Part shown: in pieces, positions 11,230 to 23,100 of the stretch
Position numbering within the stretch: the stretch's first letter is position 1
Layout of the letters: the number at the start of each line of letters is the position of its first letter
Assembly (NCBI GenBank): GCA_030704615.1
Contig: CM060734.1
Location: 14,198,001-14,262,000, forward strand
Reading direction: 5' to 3'
DNA: 64,000 bases
From: Takakia lepidozioides
Taxonomy: Eukaryota > Plantae > Bryophyta
Program-made: the position numbers and the translations under genes
Notes under the pieces: generated by a model
What the model was told of the DNA's origin: nothing
The model's input: only the letters and a program-made list of their open reading frames with translations
Database searches by the model: none

Positions 11230-13500
11230 TAGCTCGGGGCTTATCTGGATATCGTTGATGAAACTCTTAGACTTTGTCAGATGCACTGGCAAGGTTAGAT
11301 GAAGGTTCTCACGTTCGTTCGCTGATGTCGTAGCCTTTTCAATGTATGAAATACTCAAGACGTTTATACTTGATGCGAGAGTATAAGACTTCATCGACTT
11401 CATACTCGATTTTCTGATTGACGTCGATTGGTGGAGGTGGTACGGAGACTCTCCCTGGAATATTCAATGGATGATACAACTTCAATAATGAAACATAAAA
11501 AACTAGATGGATATGCATACTTCGTGGGAGTTTAAGCCGAAAACTGACGTGATTTATTTGTCGAATAATTTTGAATGGTCCCAGGCGTTGATAATCCAAC
11601 TTCCTTGATGGTCATGAGGTTTGTATGTCCCTCGAAGAAGCCACACATGATCTCCGACCTTGAACTGGGGTTGGAGTTGATGATGTTGATCTGCATACTC
11701 CTTGTATTGTTTTTGAGCTTCCGCGACGCGGAATGTAAGCTCCTTGTGAATCGTAGCAAGATGGGTAGCAAGGTTTTCTGCAGCAGGGCTTCCAACAGTT
11801 TTCATGTGGAAAGACTTTGCTCGAGGATGATGACCATAATTGGAGAAAAATGGAGTTTGCTTGGTCGAAGAATGTATAGTGTTGTTGTAGGCAAACTCGG
11901 CTAATGACAGAAGGTCCGTCCAATTATCTTGGTGATAATTTATCGTACAACCAAGATATTGCTCCAAAATCTGGTTTACGCGTTCAGTTTGACCATCAGT
12001 ATGTGGATGATTAGCTGTAGAGAGGTTGATCTGTCCTACCGAAATTTTTTCGTGATCGTCAGTCAATATCAGGATTATGAAGTAAAAACCAGGGAAGTCC
12101 AATGATCACAAGATTCGTTGGAGACTGGATGACATTGAAAACAATCTGTGATGCTTGATTTTTAAGCTTCACTTCAAGGGGTCGAGTTTCATGGTCAATA
12201 TTTCCTGATGCTAACGGTCGTCCATCGATGACTTCAACAGGGGCCGAGAATTTCTTCTTTACGAGCGTTAAATTGTGTTGCTTCGCAAAGTCTTTGTCAA
12301 TAAAACACGCTGAAGCGCCCGAGTCCAAAAGTGCTTCTACGGAGATATCTCAATTTTGCATCCTGATCTTTACTGGAACTGTGAAACAAGGTACAGGGTC
12401 TGGAGGTAGAAAAAGACCTTTTTTTTTTGAGGAATTTGGGGTGTCCAGCCGCATGGTCCCTACTGTTACTGGACATCTTCGTTTTCCGACCTCCTCGTAT
12501 CGAACACTTGAGTTGTGCCCCGAGCTTTGAATCTTCTCTTGTTGGGGCAGTTTAATGCTATGTGATCTTCTTCTCCGCAATAGAGACATAATCCATTCGA
12601 GCGTCGTCTTTGTTTTTCTTGTGGCGTCAATGGCTTGAATCAAACAACATCAATCTGCATATGACCATTACCGGATGTCTGATGGATCGTTGTGTTTGGT
12701 GCCGTAGTAGCAGCGGCATGGTGCGTCGTCGACCATCCAGATCGCTTCTCTTGACGTCTTTCAAACAAACGATTATCGCATGCAATGACTTGGGTGATGA
12801 ATTCGCTCAGTGTACTCACGTTTGACATTGTCAGCAACAAATCTTTTACATCATTTTTTAGGCCACATCAAAACTGACTAATGAGGCTTTTCTCATTCTA
12901 GTCGAAGTTGCACGCAAGTTGTCGAAATTTGGCAGCATAAACGGAAGCTGGACGTGCTCCTTGTCGAAGATTTTGCAACTTTGTCTCTGCAACTCTCTCT
13001 CTATCATTCTCTCCAAACGTTGTAGTGAACTCGGACATGAACGCTTCAAAATTGTATAGTAAATGCGAATTTTTCTCTAATAGCGGTGCAAACCAAGATA
13101 AGGCAGTGCCCGATAGAAGGGTGCCCACGAATCCCACTTGAATACATTCATCAGGGTAGCGTTGTGGATGTAGTCGTATGAACAATCGTATTTGTTGAAC
13201 AAAACCGCGAAATCTTGATCTCGTCCCATCAAATTTCTCGGGCATGCTGACTTTTGGTTCCCTTGTAATTTGTTGAAGATTTGGAGGAACCATTGCAGTA
13301 GGATTTGTTGTAGTAGGGACTCGTAAGGTTGAAGATCCATTATTCGACTTCTTCAACTCTGAAATTTGTTATTGCAAATTGTTGAGAGCGTTGTCAAGAT
13401 CTTGAGACTAATCAGCTTGTAGTTGGGCAGTAAAGGCACAAAGTTCTTGCATCTGGAGCTAAAGACTCTGCAATGTGGCGACCATTTCCGCAAATGTACC
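11230..13500 (-). pseudogene. gag-protease-(deletion)-integrase C-terminus-chromodomain of element A
   Basis: Gag reads PEKFDGTRSRFRGF...LLSGTALSWF (12898-13356). Protease DSGASACFID (12059-12328) is fused directly to integrase STANHPHTDGQTERVNQILEQYL (11554-12030). The chromodomain reads EYEVDEVLYSRIKYKRLEYFIH. Stops and frameshifts are present. Confidence 0.9.
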
Positions 13501-13531
13501 TTCCAGCTTAACTAACTAAGGAACAAACTTG

Positions 13532-13544
13532 AGTCTCGCCAAAC
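13532..13544 (-). promoter_or_regulatory. Primer-binding site of element A, complementary to its own LTR (self-priming type)
   Basis: GTTTGGCGAGACT (minus strand) abuts the 5' LTR once the DNA transposon is removed. The complementary AGTCTCGCCAA lies in the LTR (29999-30009), ~23 nt downstream of TATATATA (30033-30040). Confidence 0.7.
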
Positions 13545-14153
13545 GCAATGGCGTGAGCGTTGCGCGTGAGCGCGCGAGCGTACGCTCACGCAGGAGTGAC
13601 GTGGCGTGAGCCTGCACCCACGCTGACGTGGCGTGAGCGTCATGTCAGCATGCTGATGTGGCGGCAAATGATGACGTGACACTGTCCGTCATCTGCCACG
13701 TCAGCATTAACATGCGTCGCCTATAACCGAGGATGGTCATATGACCGTGGAATTAATGCAGGGAATCTTGCCTAAATAAAATCAAGACTACCATGAGGCC
13801 TACAATTGTAGCATCCAACATTGTGCAATTACAAATGCTTGTTTCACTTTTACAATTACGAGGACGAGAAAATATCCTCACAAAGTGTGCGCCATAGAGG
13901 CTGCCACGGGAAGACCTTCCTCCCTCCTCAAATAACAATGAGAGTTAGGATCATCTTCAAAAGATGATTGTAGTGCATAGCGACAGCAAGACATGTAGAC
14001 TTCGAACGGTGCAATGACAAATGTGCTTTTAAAAGTTGCCACTCAGAGCTCACTCCGTATAGTTGGAGGCCATATCATTGCACCGCCGACGAATTGATGT
14101 GAATTACACATTTCAAATCATGGTCGTCCACATACCACATTGCATAGTTGATG

Positions 14154-17100
14154 CTACCCATGTGTTGTATCCTGCTGCAATAGAGTATCGACCTCGTTGA
14201 AACTCATAGTGGCCTGGTGAATGAAGTTGTCACGTTTGGGATCGCAAACCATCCTCTTCAAAAATATGAAATACAAATGTTTGCAGGGTATGAATTTACC
14301 TTTCTTGCCCAAACTGGTTGATAGCATATTCACAAAATCAGGACATGTGCAATTGGGGAAATTGGAAACCGTGATGTTGTAGGTCCTGTCATGAACAGCA
14401 GATGTGGAAGTGATGATTGTGAATACCCGACCATATCCTGGATCGGGTACTTCCGTGGTGCTTCCAACACGAGCTTGGAGCATTCTTGCGGACTCCACTT
14501 TGCCAAAGTGTTCAGCAGTTGGAGGGAAACGCGGAACGAGCTTTCCATCTCGTTTGGTTGGCCACAAGTCAGGATTTGCCGGGGGGACCCGGGAGGACGC
14601 AAAAGTAGTAGCACATGCATGGAGTTCGGGTTGTCTTGCAAGGGAAAAGCCTGCCTCCTCCAGCATTTCAATCTCCTGAAATCTGAGATGTGTTCCCACC
14701 TTCACAGGCCAAACGGTTGGAGGAGATGGCTTCATCACTATGGAAGGACGCACAGTTCCATGCACACATCTGGCACAATCATCTGCGCAGAACCAGAACT
14801 TGTGGTTCTTGGCTCCTGGTTGACCGTATGGACGCATCAAACCCGTGAAAGTCGGAGCAAGAGTTCGGGCACCACCTCTGGATATAGATGAAGTGCACTT
14901 CTCGAAATTAGTCCCTGATCGCTGTACATTTCACACGAGACCCTACACTTGTGCGTTCTATGTGCCAAACGTGGTCGGGGCATGCGGACTCAAGCACATC
15001 AAGGGGGTTGTTTCTCTCCTGCACCATTTCAGTGGCACTGTTTGATGCTGGAGCTTGCCGTCGTGTTGGAGGTTCCTCCACAATGGAGGTTCCGGACATG
15101 GAGCTGTCATGCAGGGGAACATGAGGCTTCGAGAAGTTATCACGGTCTGCCCTGTGCAAATCAAAATCCGAACCAGGTGGAGTGTTCAATTTCCTCTTAC
15201 AGGAGCCAAATCTCTCATCCCCTTCAAGATGTGGAACTCTAGAAACAAGTGGCGTTCCCTGGGCATACATGCTCACCACCCGTGCTATCTTGATTGGATC
15301 CCCAGATCTGTTTGCAGCACGCAACATCAACTCCCATTTGTCCGGACCCTTGCCACCAACCCCACCTCGCAAGAAATCACGGTATCGGGTTTGTTGTTGC
15401 AAGGCACGTATCAAATCATCTGTTGTTGCCACATACAAATCCCGACCTCGTTTCCCAGACTGCTGCAACCGTGCGTTGTGCACAGTTTCTGCCAAATTGC
15501 AAGATGACATGTCCGCCATTTCCTCAATGGACATGTTCTGCAAAGTGGAGAACCACACTTCAAAACAGTGAACAGAAAACAACATAAAGAAAGCGAGGAC
15601 ACAATAAAATGGAAAGTAAATATATGAATAAAGCAAGAAATATAAACCTCGTACCACTGGCATGGCTGCTCCCCACTGTCTATACCGGAAGTGCCAAAAC
15701 GCCAGCCAATCTTCCAATGCTCTCATACTCTCAAGTGATGCAGCTCCAGAAGAGAACCACCAGGCACGAATTGTCTGGAACAAAGTGTCAGCCTCCTTCA
15801 TTGTTCTAGCATCTTTGTACTCTTTGCACAATTTACGGTGCTGAGTCTGCATCTCTGGTTTGATGTCCGACTTTGTATGTCTTTCCAGAGATTGTGTCCA
15901 ATGGAATAGACATGTACGCTCTCTTCCTCGCATTGGCACTTTTGGGTCGCCCGATCCGAAGACAATACGAACAGCATTGAAATTTGCTTGAGCACTATCC
16001 GCCATGAAACCTGCAAAATTTGGAGATGGCAGCCCATGGCAGCCCATGACACGTATCAGGGAATTCCACATGAGCTTCTGGGATTCCGTATCCTCGGATT
16101 GCATGTCACAAACTGCAATTGTCATAACTCGTTGGTACACTGGATCGTAGACATGACAAGCCATTGTCGTCCAATCCTTCACTCGTTTCACATGATCAAA
16201 CATAAGAAAACAGTTCTGCAAGTCCCCAGTCTTCTGCATCCGCTTCACGAGGCTAACCCCACTGCCCTCCCGAATAGTCGACATTTTGAAAAGAAAAACT
16301 TTGATGGCACCTTGACTTGGGAATACATTGTCCTGGATGTAATCGTACTTGCTCACTCGTTTCAACTCCAAAATGTTGTCTATGTAGCCTCTGATACCAG
16401 AGCCCATTCTTAATGCATTGATCTGATGTCGAATGTTAGGTGAACTCAAAGTGGAGAAATGATCCATGACCAGGTCCAATGCTGCACCGTCAAGTTTAGT
16501 CCCCACAGAATCCCCTTCACTCAAAATATGGCTTTCCAAGAAGGACTTGCTTGCGCCAAGAGCAATTGCAGATGTTGTTGTGGATGGGTTTTTCCCGAAC
16601 TCCTGTTTAATCAACCTCGATACTGTCTCAACACTGTCCCTGTAATCCCCCTTCGAGACAGGATGGTTATGGAATCCAAAATGCACACAAGCTCTTGTCA
16701 TTGTTTCCAAACGGTGGACAACATAGTACATTCTTGCTCCGCAGAGCGCCAAGCAGGATGGCACAAGTTTGCAGAATTTGCAGACGAAAGTGTTTACCGG
16801 TGGTGGGGCAGTCCCAGGCTGAAATGGATTTTCCGCCAGACCCTCCCATTCGCTTTGATTATGAACCCCAGACTGAAGAAAGTGTCTGCAATTCAAATTA
16901 TCACACCTAAGGTGTCCATTGCAAACTGTTCTCCTGAAAACAAGCTTGTCATCATTCTGAATATTGGATGTTTTTGTTCTGCACCACGGGTGCCCGTCGT
17001 GTTTCTTATCCATTCCATGCATCATGATTGTTACACCTCCAACTCGCGGAGGAGGAGGCAGCTCGAATAGGATATCGCCATCAAAAGTCTCTGGCAAGAA

Positions 17101-17640
17101 CTTCACAGGCACCTGCTTGAAAGATTCCCAATCAATTCCTCGCAACTCACTTTTGAATCCAGCCATTCCTCCCATCGCCCGTAATTTTGGAATGACACTA
17201 CAAATCTCTTCTTCATCAGCTTCTCCAACCACAGTAGGAAGGACTGGATTTGGAATTTCACTTATGTTATCATCGGACGAATCCGAAAGCTCAACGATTG
17301 GAGTGGATGACGTCTGTTCTTTTTTCACCACCACCTCCCTCTTGTCTTCAACGACCAAAGCAGCAGTCCCGGGCGTCACATATGACCCAAGGGACTTTCG
17401 CCGAGGCTCTCCAAGTACTCTGTATCGACTAGGGCGCACTCTCCACTGGCTGACATGAGCCGTCTCATCACGGTTTTGGAAAGAGTATTTCAACAACTTC
17501 CCTTTCAAATCGTACACCTCTTTCTCCAAAAAGATGGAGCCATTCTGAAGCTGAAAACGGGTAGCCAAGACATGTTCCAGAACAATTGCAAATCCATTGT
17601 CAAGGACTTCCTGGGAGAACGACACTGGTTTGTCGTCACA
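14154..17640 (-). pseudogene. Mutator-superfamily DDE transposase with GCM-like DNA-binding domain and C-terminal SWIM finger
   Basis: A GCM/WRKY-like Cys/His region (GHPWCRTKTSN...CNGHLRC...GFHNHPV) is followed by the DDE core MFDHVKR...FMADSAQA...CLFHW...CNLAETVH. SWIM CTCPDF...CKH lies in 14154-14840. There is an in-frame GT-AG intron at 15538-15654 and one frameshift near 14908. No ATG is present at the 5' end. Confidence 0.88.
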
Positions 17641-19492
17641 TTACTCAGTCAGATTTGAATGGCATCGTGCAGAAAACTTTGAGGTCCAAGCCTACAGGAT
17701 CAGAGGGGAAAGGATCTGGAGATGGGGACGAGTCTGGAAAAAGCTCAGAGAATAACGATGAAGCAGATGAATCTGAAGTGCACTACCTTGACAAGGTGAA
17801 AGAACTCATGTCATTCCAGAAGGTAAACTCTCAGGAGGTTATAAGGGACATGCTCGTATCTGGAGGGCGTCGCGACATCCCTCTGTGCCGGATGATATCT
17901 ATGCCTATTGTGCGTCCACCTCTTTCCCATGACATAACAAAATTGGAGAGTGATTTCGTGCATGGATACAGACTTGGTGCACAAGTTTTTTATGTGTCAC
18001 TGACGGATATAAATGGGAAAAGCACATTAGTGTCTCCAGAGATCAGTGATACCTGGGATGAGTGCTGGAAAGATGCCAATGAGGAGTTCGAGCTGGGCCT
18101 CATGATGGGAAAGAACACCCAGCAATTCTGCAACCACATGTTCTACGTCTGGGACGGCAACCACCGATTGCTGGCATGGATGGGATACATCCAGAAACAC
18201 CATGCGAAAGACAAAGACAAGCATGTTGCTATGGAGGCAATGGTTTTGGATCCAGGAAACGACATCGCTAGGCTTCTTTTAACTATGCACGACGTGAACA
18301 AGTAAGTCATCCTAGAGATTTCATTCCCTCTGTAGTGTCTTGTTAATCCCAAAAAAATAGTGTTAAGGAATGCAATGTTTCCAATGTTTTTGCAGATCGA
18401 CAGAGAAATCGCATGTGACAACAAGCTTGGTCCACACACTATTCCGAATTCAAAGGATTGGTCTAATGAAGCTGGATGATTTTCGGACAGTACTCCCCCC
18501 CAATATAATCAAGAAGTGCGAAACGGGAAGAGCTGCAGGCACTTAGTATTCTTTGACTCGAGAGGCGTTTCTGGAGTACATGTATGCGGTAAGCCCGAGT
18601 CTGTACTCAGTTTACTTTTCGAATACATGTTTGTAGTCCCTTCGGTGCTAATCACTATTTGCATCAATGCAGCAAGAACTGGCAGAGGCAGCTGAGAAGG
18701 GAAAATCCGAATATTACCGCACTACACCAGAGGAACTAAGGACATCAAAGGGTGTGGAAGCAGCAATAAAAAAAGAGTTTGAAATGCGAAGAACCAAATT
18801 GATGTCCGCCTTCGGAAAGTAGCTTAGAATAGTAGATCCTGGACCCGGTTCTGAGTTCCTTCAGCAGATCAAATCTCACTATGACAAGCATGTGCATCCG
18901 GAGATGCAGCAGGAGAAATTGCACCGGGTGGCCATATCCATGGTCGACCCACAAACAAAAATAAGGTGGTTGGAGATATGGAACTCAGATCAGACAGTAA
19001 AGGACTTGAATCAGTTCCCAAAGAGCACCATACAGCCTGGCACAAAGGTGGAAGGAATCAATGATTTGGTGTTTGATAACTGGCTCCACAAGGCTACATT
19101 TTGGAGTCAGGTGTGTATTCAAATAAGCCATTTTCTTTTCTTCAATTATGTGATGAGTATCTTACTTGCAATACTGACAAATATACAATTTGCAGCTCGA
19201 AAAGCGCACCGTCATTGTGCTGGATCAGACTTTGAAGGACTTGAACATTTCAATTGTTTCCCCTTCCCAAATGTCATTGGAGGCATACATAAGGAAGTGG
19301 AGAGGTCTCACCTGGAGATACTGTTTTTTCCGGGAGTTCTCCAAAGATGGTAACATTTTACGGTCCAACGACTTTGACAGTCAGGTTGGAGGAGAGTGGG
19401 CCATGATGCGAGTTGTGTACAGGTGCAATATCATACTGGAAACTCTACTGCACTTTTTGGGAAATAATTTGGCTTAATAAGGATTGTAATCA

Positions 19493-20290
19493 TAGATCCA
19501 AATTGAATGTCGTTGACGACATTCACTTCTTTGTCTGAGTCATTCTTAAGCGAGAATTTGAATTCACCTGGATTAGGAGCTTAGGGTGTAATTATAGTGT
19601 CCCTGATTAGAATTGATAATGTCCCTGAATGGCGTTGACGACATTCACATCCAGAGTTGTTGAGAGGTCCTCAGAGTTATGTAAGTTTTTGTAATGTCCA
19701 TAGAGTTTACAGTGAGGGTTCCTCACTTCAGTTTGTTGAATGTCAATGTAGACATTTAGTTGTTTTGCATTGCTTTTGCCTCTTGCGAGAAATCTTGAGG
19801 CTTGATTAGCTGTGTTATCAGAGATCCAAAGTGAATGTCGTTGACGACATTCACTTCTATGTCGGTGTCATTCACCAGCGACAATTTGAATTTACATGGA
19901 TTGGGAGCTAAGGGTGTATTAATTGGTTCCTTGTTCATAATTTTGTGAACGGCGTTGACGCCATTCACATCCAGTGTTATTATGAGGTCCTCAGTGTTAT
20001 GTTCGTTATGAATGTCCATTGAGTTTTTGGGGAGGGTTCGTTACTTGAGTTTCTGATTTCCATCCAATGATTTTGCTTCTTTTGAGAAATCAATAGGCTT
20101 GATTAGCAGTGTATTCACAAATCCAAAGTGAATGTCGTTGACGACATTCACTTCTATGTCTGTGTCATTCCAAAGCGAGAGTTTGCATTCACATGGATTA
20201 GAGTGTATTCACAGTATCATTGAATGGAATGTTTTGAATGGCGTTGACGACATTCACATCCGGAGCTGTCGCGTGGTCCTGAAAGGTCCT
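19493..20290. repeat. ~2.5 diverged tandem units (~300-330 bp), each with two copies of the palindrome GTGAATGTCGTTGACGACATTCAC
   Basis: Palindromes at 19504, 19626, 19831, 19945, 20128 and 20235 all lie inside intron 19423-20398. Confidence 0.9.
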
Positions 20291-21967
20291 TGGAGCAGTT
20301 CTCAGAGCCATTTCATTCCATGTTTTTTTCATTTTGTGCTACTTACATCTTTCTCACTTCGCGCTTTGGTGGGTTGGGATTTATCTCCTGTTTAACAGGT
20401 ACACAAAATATGTGCTTATGGAAGGAAATCACCTGAGCGGTATTCCAGACTATCTTGACATGTGGTCGGACCCTGCAAACGATCCAACCATGTATACTGC
20501 AGGGATATTGAAGGACTGGAGTCCTTCTCACTTCAGAGATTGTGGCTGGTACCTTGACTGCCCACCGGAGCACACGACCTTTCAAGAACAACATATGAAA
20601 TATTTGAACAATAATGCTGAGATGCTGGCGCCTCTAACTGACGATTTTCAATGTTCTCTGTAGCTCCACTCTAGAAGAATATGTCATGATCGACACCGAT
20701 CATCACCGATTCGTGATAAAAATGATTGTTTTGTGCCTGAGTTCTGAATAGCCGATGTACACACTTCCACTATAGATTGTGTTTACCACACTAACCTGCT
20801 ATCTTTGGCAGACGAGGCTGTTTGAGACAACTACTGGAGTTGGGTGTTCGGGTTCTATAATAATTTCCTCTCTGATGCAGGGACACTTTTGTTTTTTCAG
20901 TCATGTGACAAAGATACTCGTCGGGCATTGGCAACATATCTGAAGTCTTCAGGGTTTGAAGTTTTGCGCACATGGAATTGTGTGAACAGCCTCTACCTTG
21001 TGAAAGGGGGTTTCCCTGGTCAGCTGGTATGCCGTCTCCCTTCTGCTTGTGCTTTCATGATGATTTTCAATGTTCTCTGCAGCTCCACTCTAGAAGAATC
21101 TGTCATGATCGACACCAATCATCACCGATTCGTGATAAAAATGATTGTTTTGTGCCTGAGTTGTGAATAGCCGATGTACACACTGTCGCGGCCCTTTGCC
21201 TTGAGGGCAAGGGGGTCGGGACACATGAGGGGTTGCCCCTGTGGTGGGGGCAGCGGCAGCGATAGGTATGGGGGGCTGAAGCACCCTTGAGTGCCCAAGG
21301 CACCCAAGGAGGCAGAGGCGCTCACTAGGTGGAGCCCCGCACACCGGGTTGCGGTGGGGCTGGCTCCACAAGGGGTGGTGGTAGCTTAGCGGGACTTAGT
21401 GGGGGTGGCATAGGACTCACCATGGGGGCGGAGACCTCGTGGTGGGAGTCGTGGGGAGTCTTGGGACTCATCACGGTCCATAGGGGCCGTAGTGAGTGGG
21501 CCAAGACTCACCGCGACTCATCATCGGGAGTCGAGGGTTTTCGTGGCGGTTCGCCATAAAATGGCATGGCTGGTTGTGAAACCCCCGCGGACAGCTACAA
21601 AAGTATATATAAGGGGAGTAGTGACCCCGAGAATGGTGCAAGCCCGTTGGTGACCAAAAACTAGTGAGTAAGCGAGCGAGCCGGAAAGCGACCAAAGAGT
21701 GGGGAGCTGTTCCGGACTGCCATCTACCAAAGGGAATTCTCCTAGTCCCAAATAGGTGGAGGGTTTAGTGGGAAGCAAAGGGGGACCGTTATGTCCCGGT
21801 GAGCAGCCGAAGCTCCAAGTTGGCCCGGGCGGCCAGGTTGGGAGTTAGGCGCGCGCATCAAAGCGAGTAACTATGACTTGAAGGGGAGCTTATCGAAGTG
21901 AGGTGCGTGACACTTGGTATCAGAGCTTAGAGTTCAGTACGCGATCGTCCTTGGGATTGGCCTCATC

Positions 21968-23100
21968 ATGGGGTCGGGCAAGCCAAAGCGAAAGCGGAAC
22001 GGCCCAAAAGATGATGATCCTGGTGAGCCCGATGGGGGCGACGTGTCACCGAAGCGGCCGTTTGAGGAAGCGACGCAGGTTTCTGAAAGCGAGGCCGCTC
22101 AAAAGCAGGAGGAATCCGAGGAGTCGGAGCCCGAGGAATCCGTGAGAGCTCCGACCGACCAACAGATGCCTCCCATGCCGACAGCCATTTGGGAAGGGTT
22201 GTTGGCGCAGTTTGGCGGGACGTTGAAAGACGTGTTGAAGGGAGCTAATGCCACTTCCACTAAGGCAAAGTTTAAGGTGAAGCCTAAGGAACCCGGCACC
22301 TTTGAGGGCGTCCGAAATCGGAAGGCACTCAACACCTGGCTCCTGGAGCTAGAGCAGTACTTCCGGGCGGCCAAGTTGAGTGACGAGGATCGGGTGGAAG
22401 TGGCTCCCGCCTATTTGAGGGGCTATGCTCAACAATGGTGGCAGAAACGCCTTCACGACCGAGGTCCAAGCCCGGAAACCTTGGACTGGAGTGGGTTCAA
22501 GGAATTGACGAAGAGACAGTTTGTGCCCCTCAACGCGTCCTGGCTTGCCCGGGACAAGATGAGGAATTTGAAGCAAACAGATGACATTCGGGGGTATGTC
22601 CAGGCTTTCAATGTGTTGTTGCTCGAAGTCGCGGACATGGCAGAACCAGAAATGGTCTTCAACTTTGTGGCGGGACTGGCCCCATGGGCCAGACGGAAGT
22701 TGGAGGAGAAGCCACCCAAGACTTTGAACGAGGCAATTGAGAGGGCTGAATGTTTCTCGGATGTCCCTAGAGGGGTGAGAGACAAGGCCGTACGAAGCTG
22801 AACCACAAGAAGACCCGGCGGGAAGGTGACTCCTCCCGACCGGAAAAGAAGTGGGATAGGCCACGCGGCGACAATGGCACGTGGAAATCGAAGGGAGGGC
22901 CTTCACACGTCAAGGCGGCACCCGGTGCTTCGAAAGGAAAAGCGGGTGGAGCGGCTTATGGCGGACAGAAGGCGACCTTTGATGGAGTGTGTTTCAATTG
23001 CGGGGAGCCCGGGCACATGGCCAAGAAGTGCACAAAACCTCGACAATTGAACATGACTCGGGCAACCACGGAGCTGTCGGAAGATACCATCAATCGCTTG
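21968..23100 (+). pseudogene. gag of element B with CCHC knuckle
   Basis: Retrotransposon gag (PKEPGTFEG...YLRGYAQQWW...LKQT...FVAGL) and CFNCGEPGHMAKKC. It is interrupted by TGA at 22799 and a frameshift. Confidence 0.9.

Noticed and set aside
12898-13356. Domesticated PEG10/RTL1-like host gene
   Set aside because: It is the gag of LTR element A, flanked by LTRs, PBS and PPT, and it is frameshifted.
15538-15654. Transmembrane segment in the transposase ORF
   Set aside because: It is a T-rich, in-frame GT-AG intron of 117 nt.
17586-18305. Bacterial contamination or a chromosomal parB gene
   Set aside because: The frame is split by phase-consistent GT-AG introns and is embedded in plant retroelements with TSDs.
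19493-20290. CRISPR-like array of palindromic repeats
   Set aside because: The spacers are 85-180 bp and homologous to each other (tandem duplication). There are no cas genes, and the context is a spliceosomal intron.
21090-21778. Short ORFs in LTRs and antisense shadow ORFs over gag/pol and transposase
   Set aside because: They have no recognisable domains and are explained by GC-rich LTR sequence or opposite-strand codon bias.
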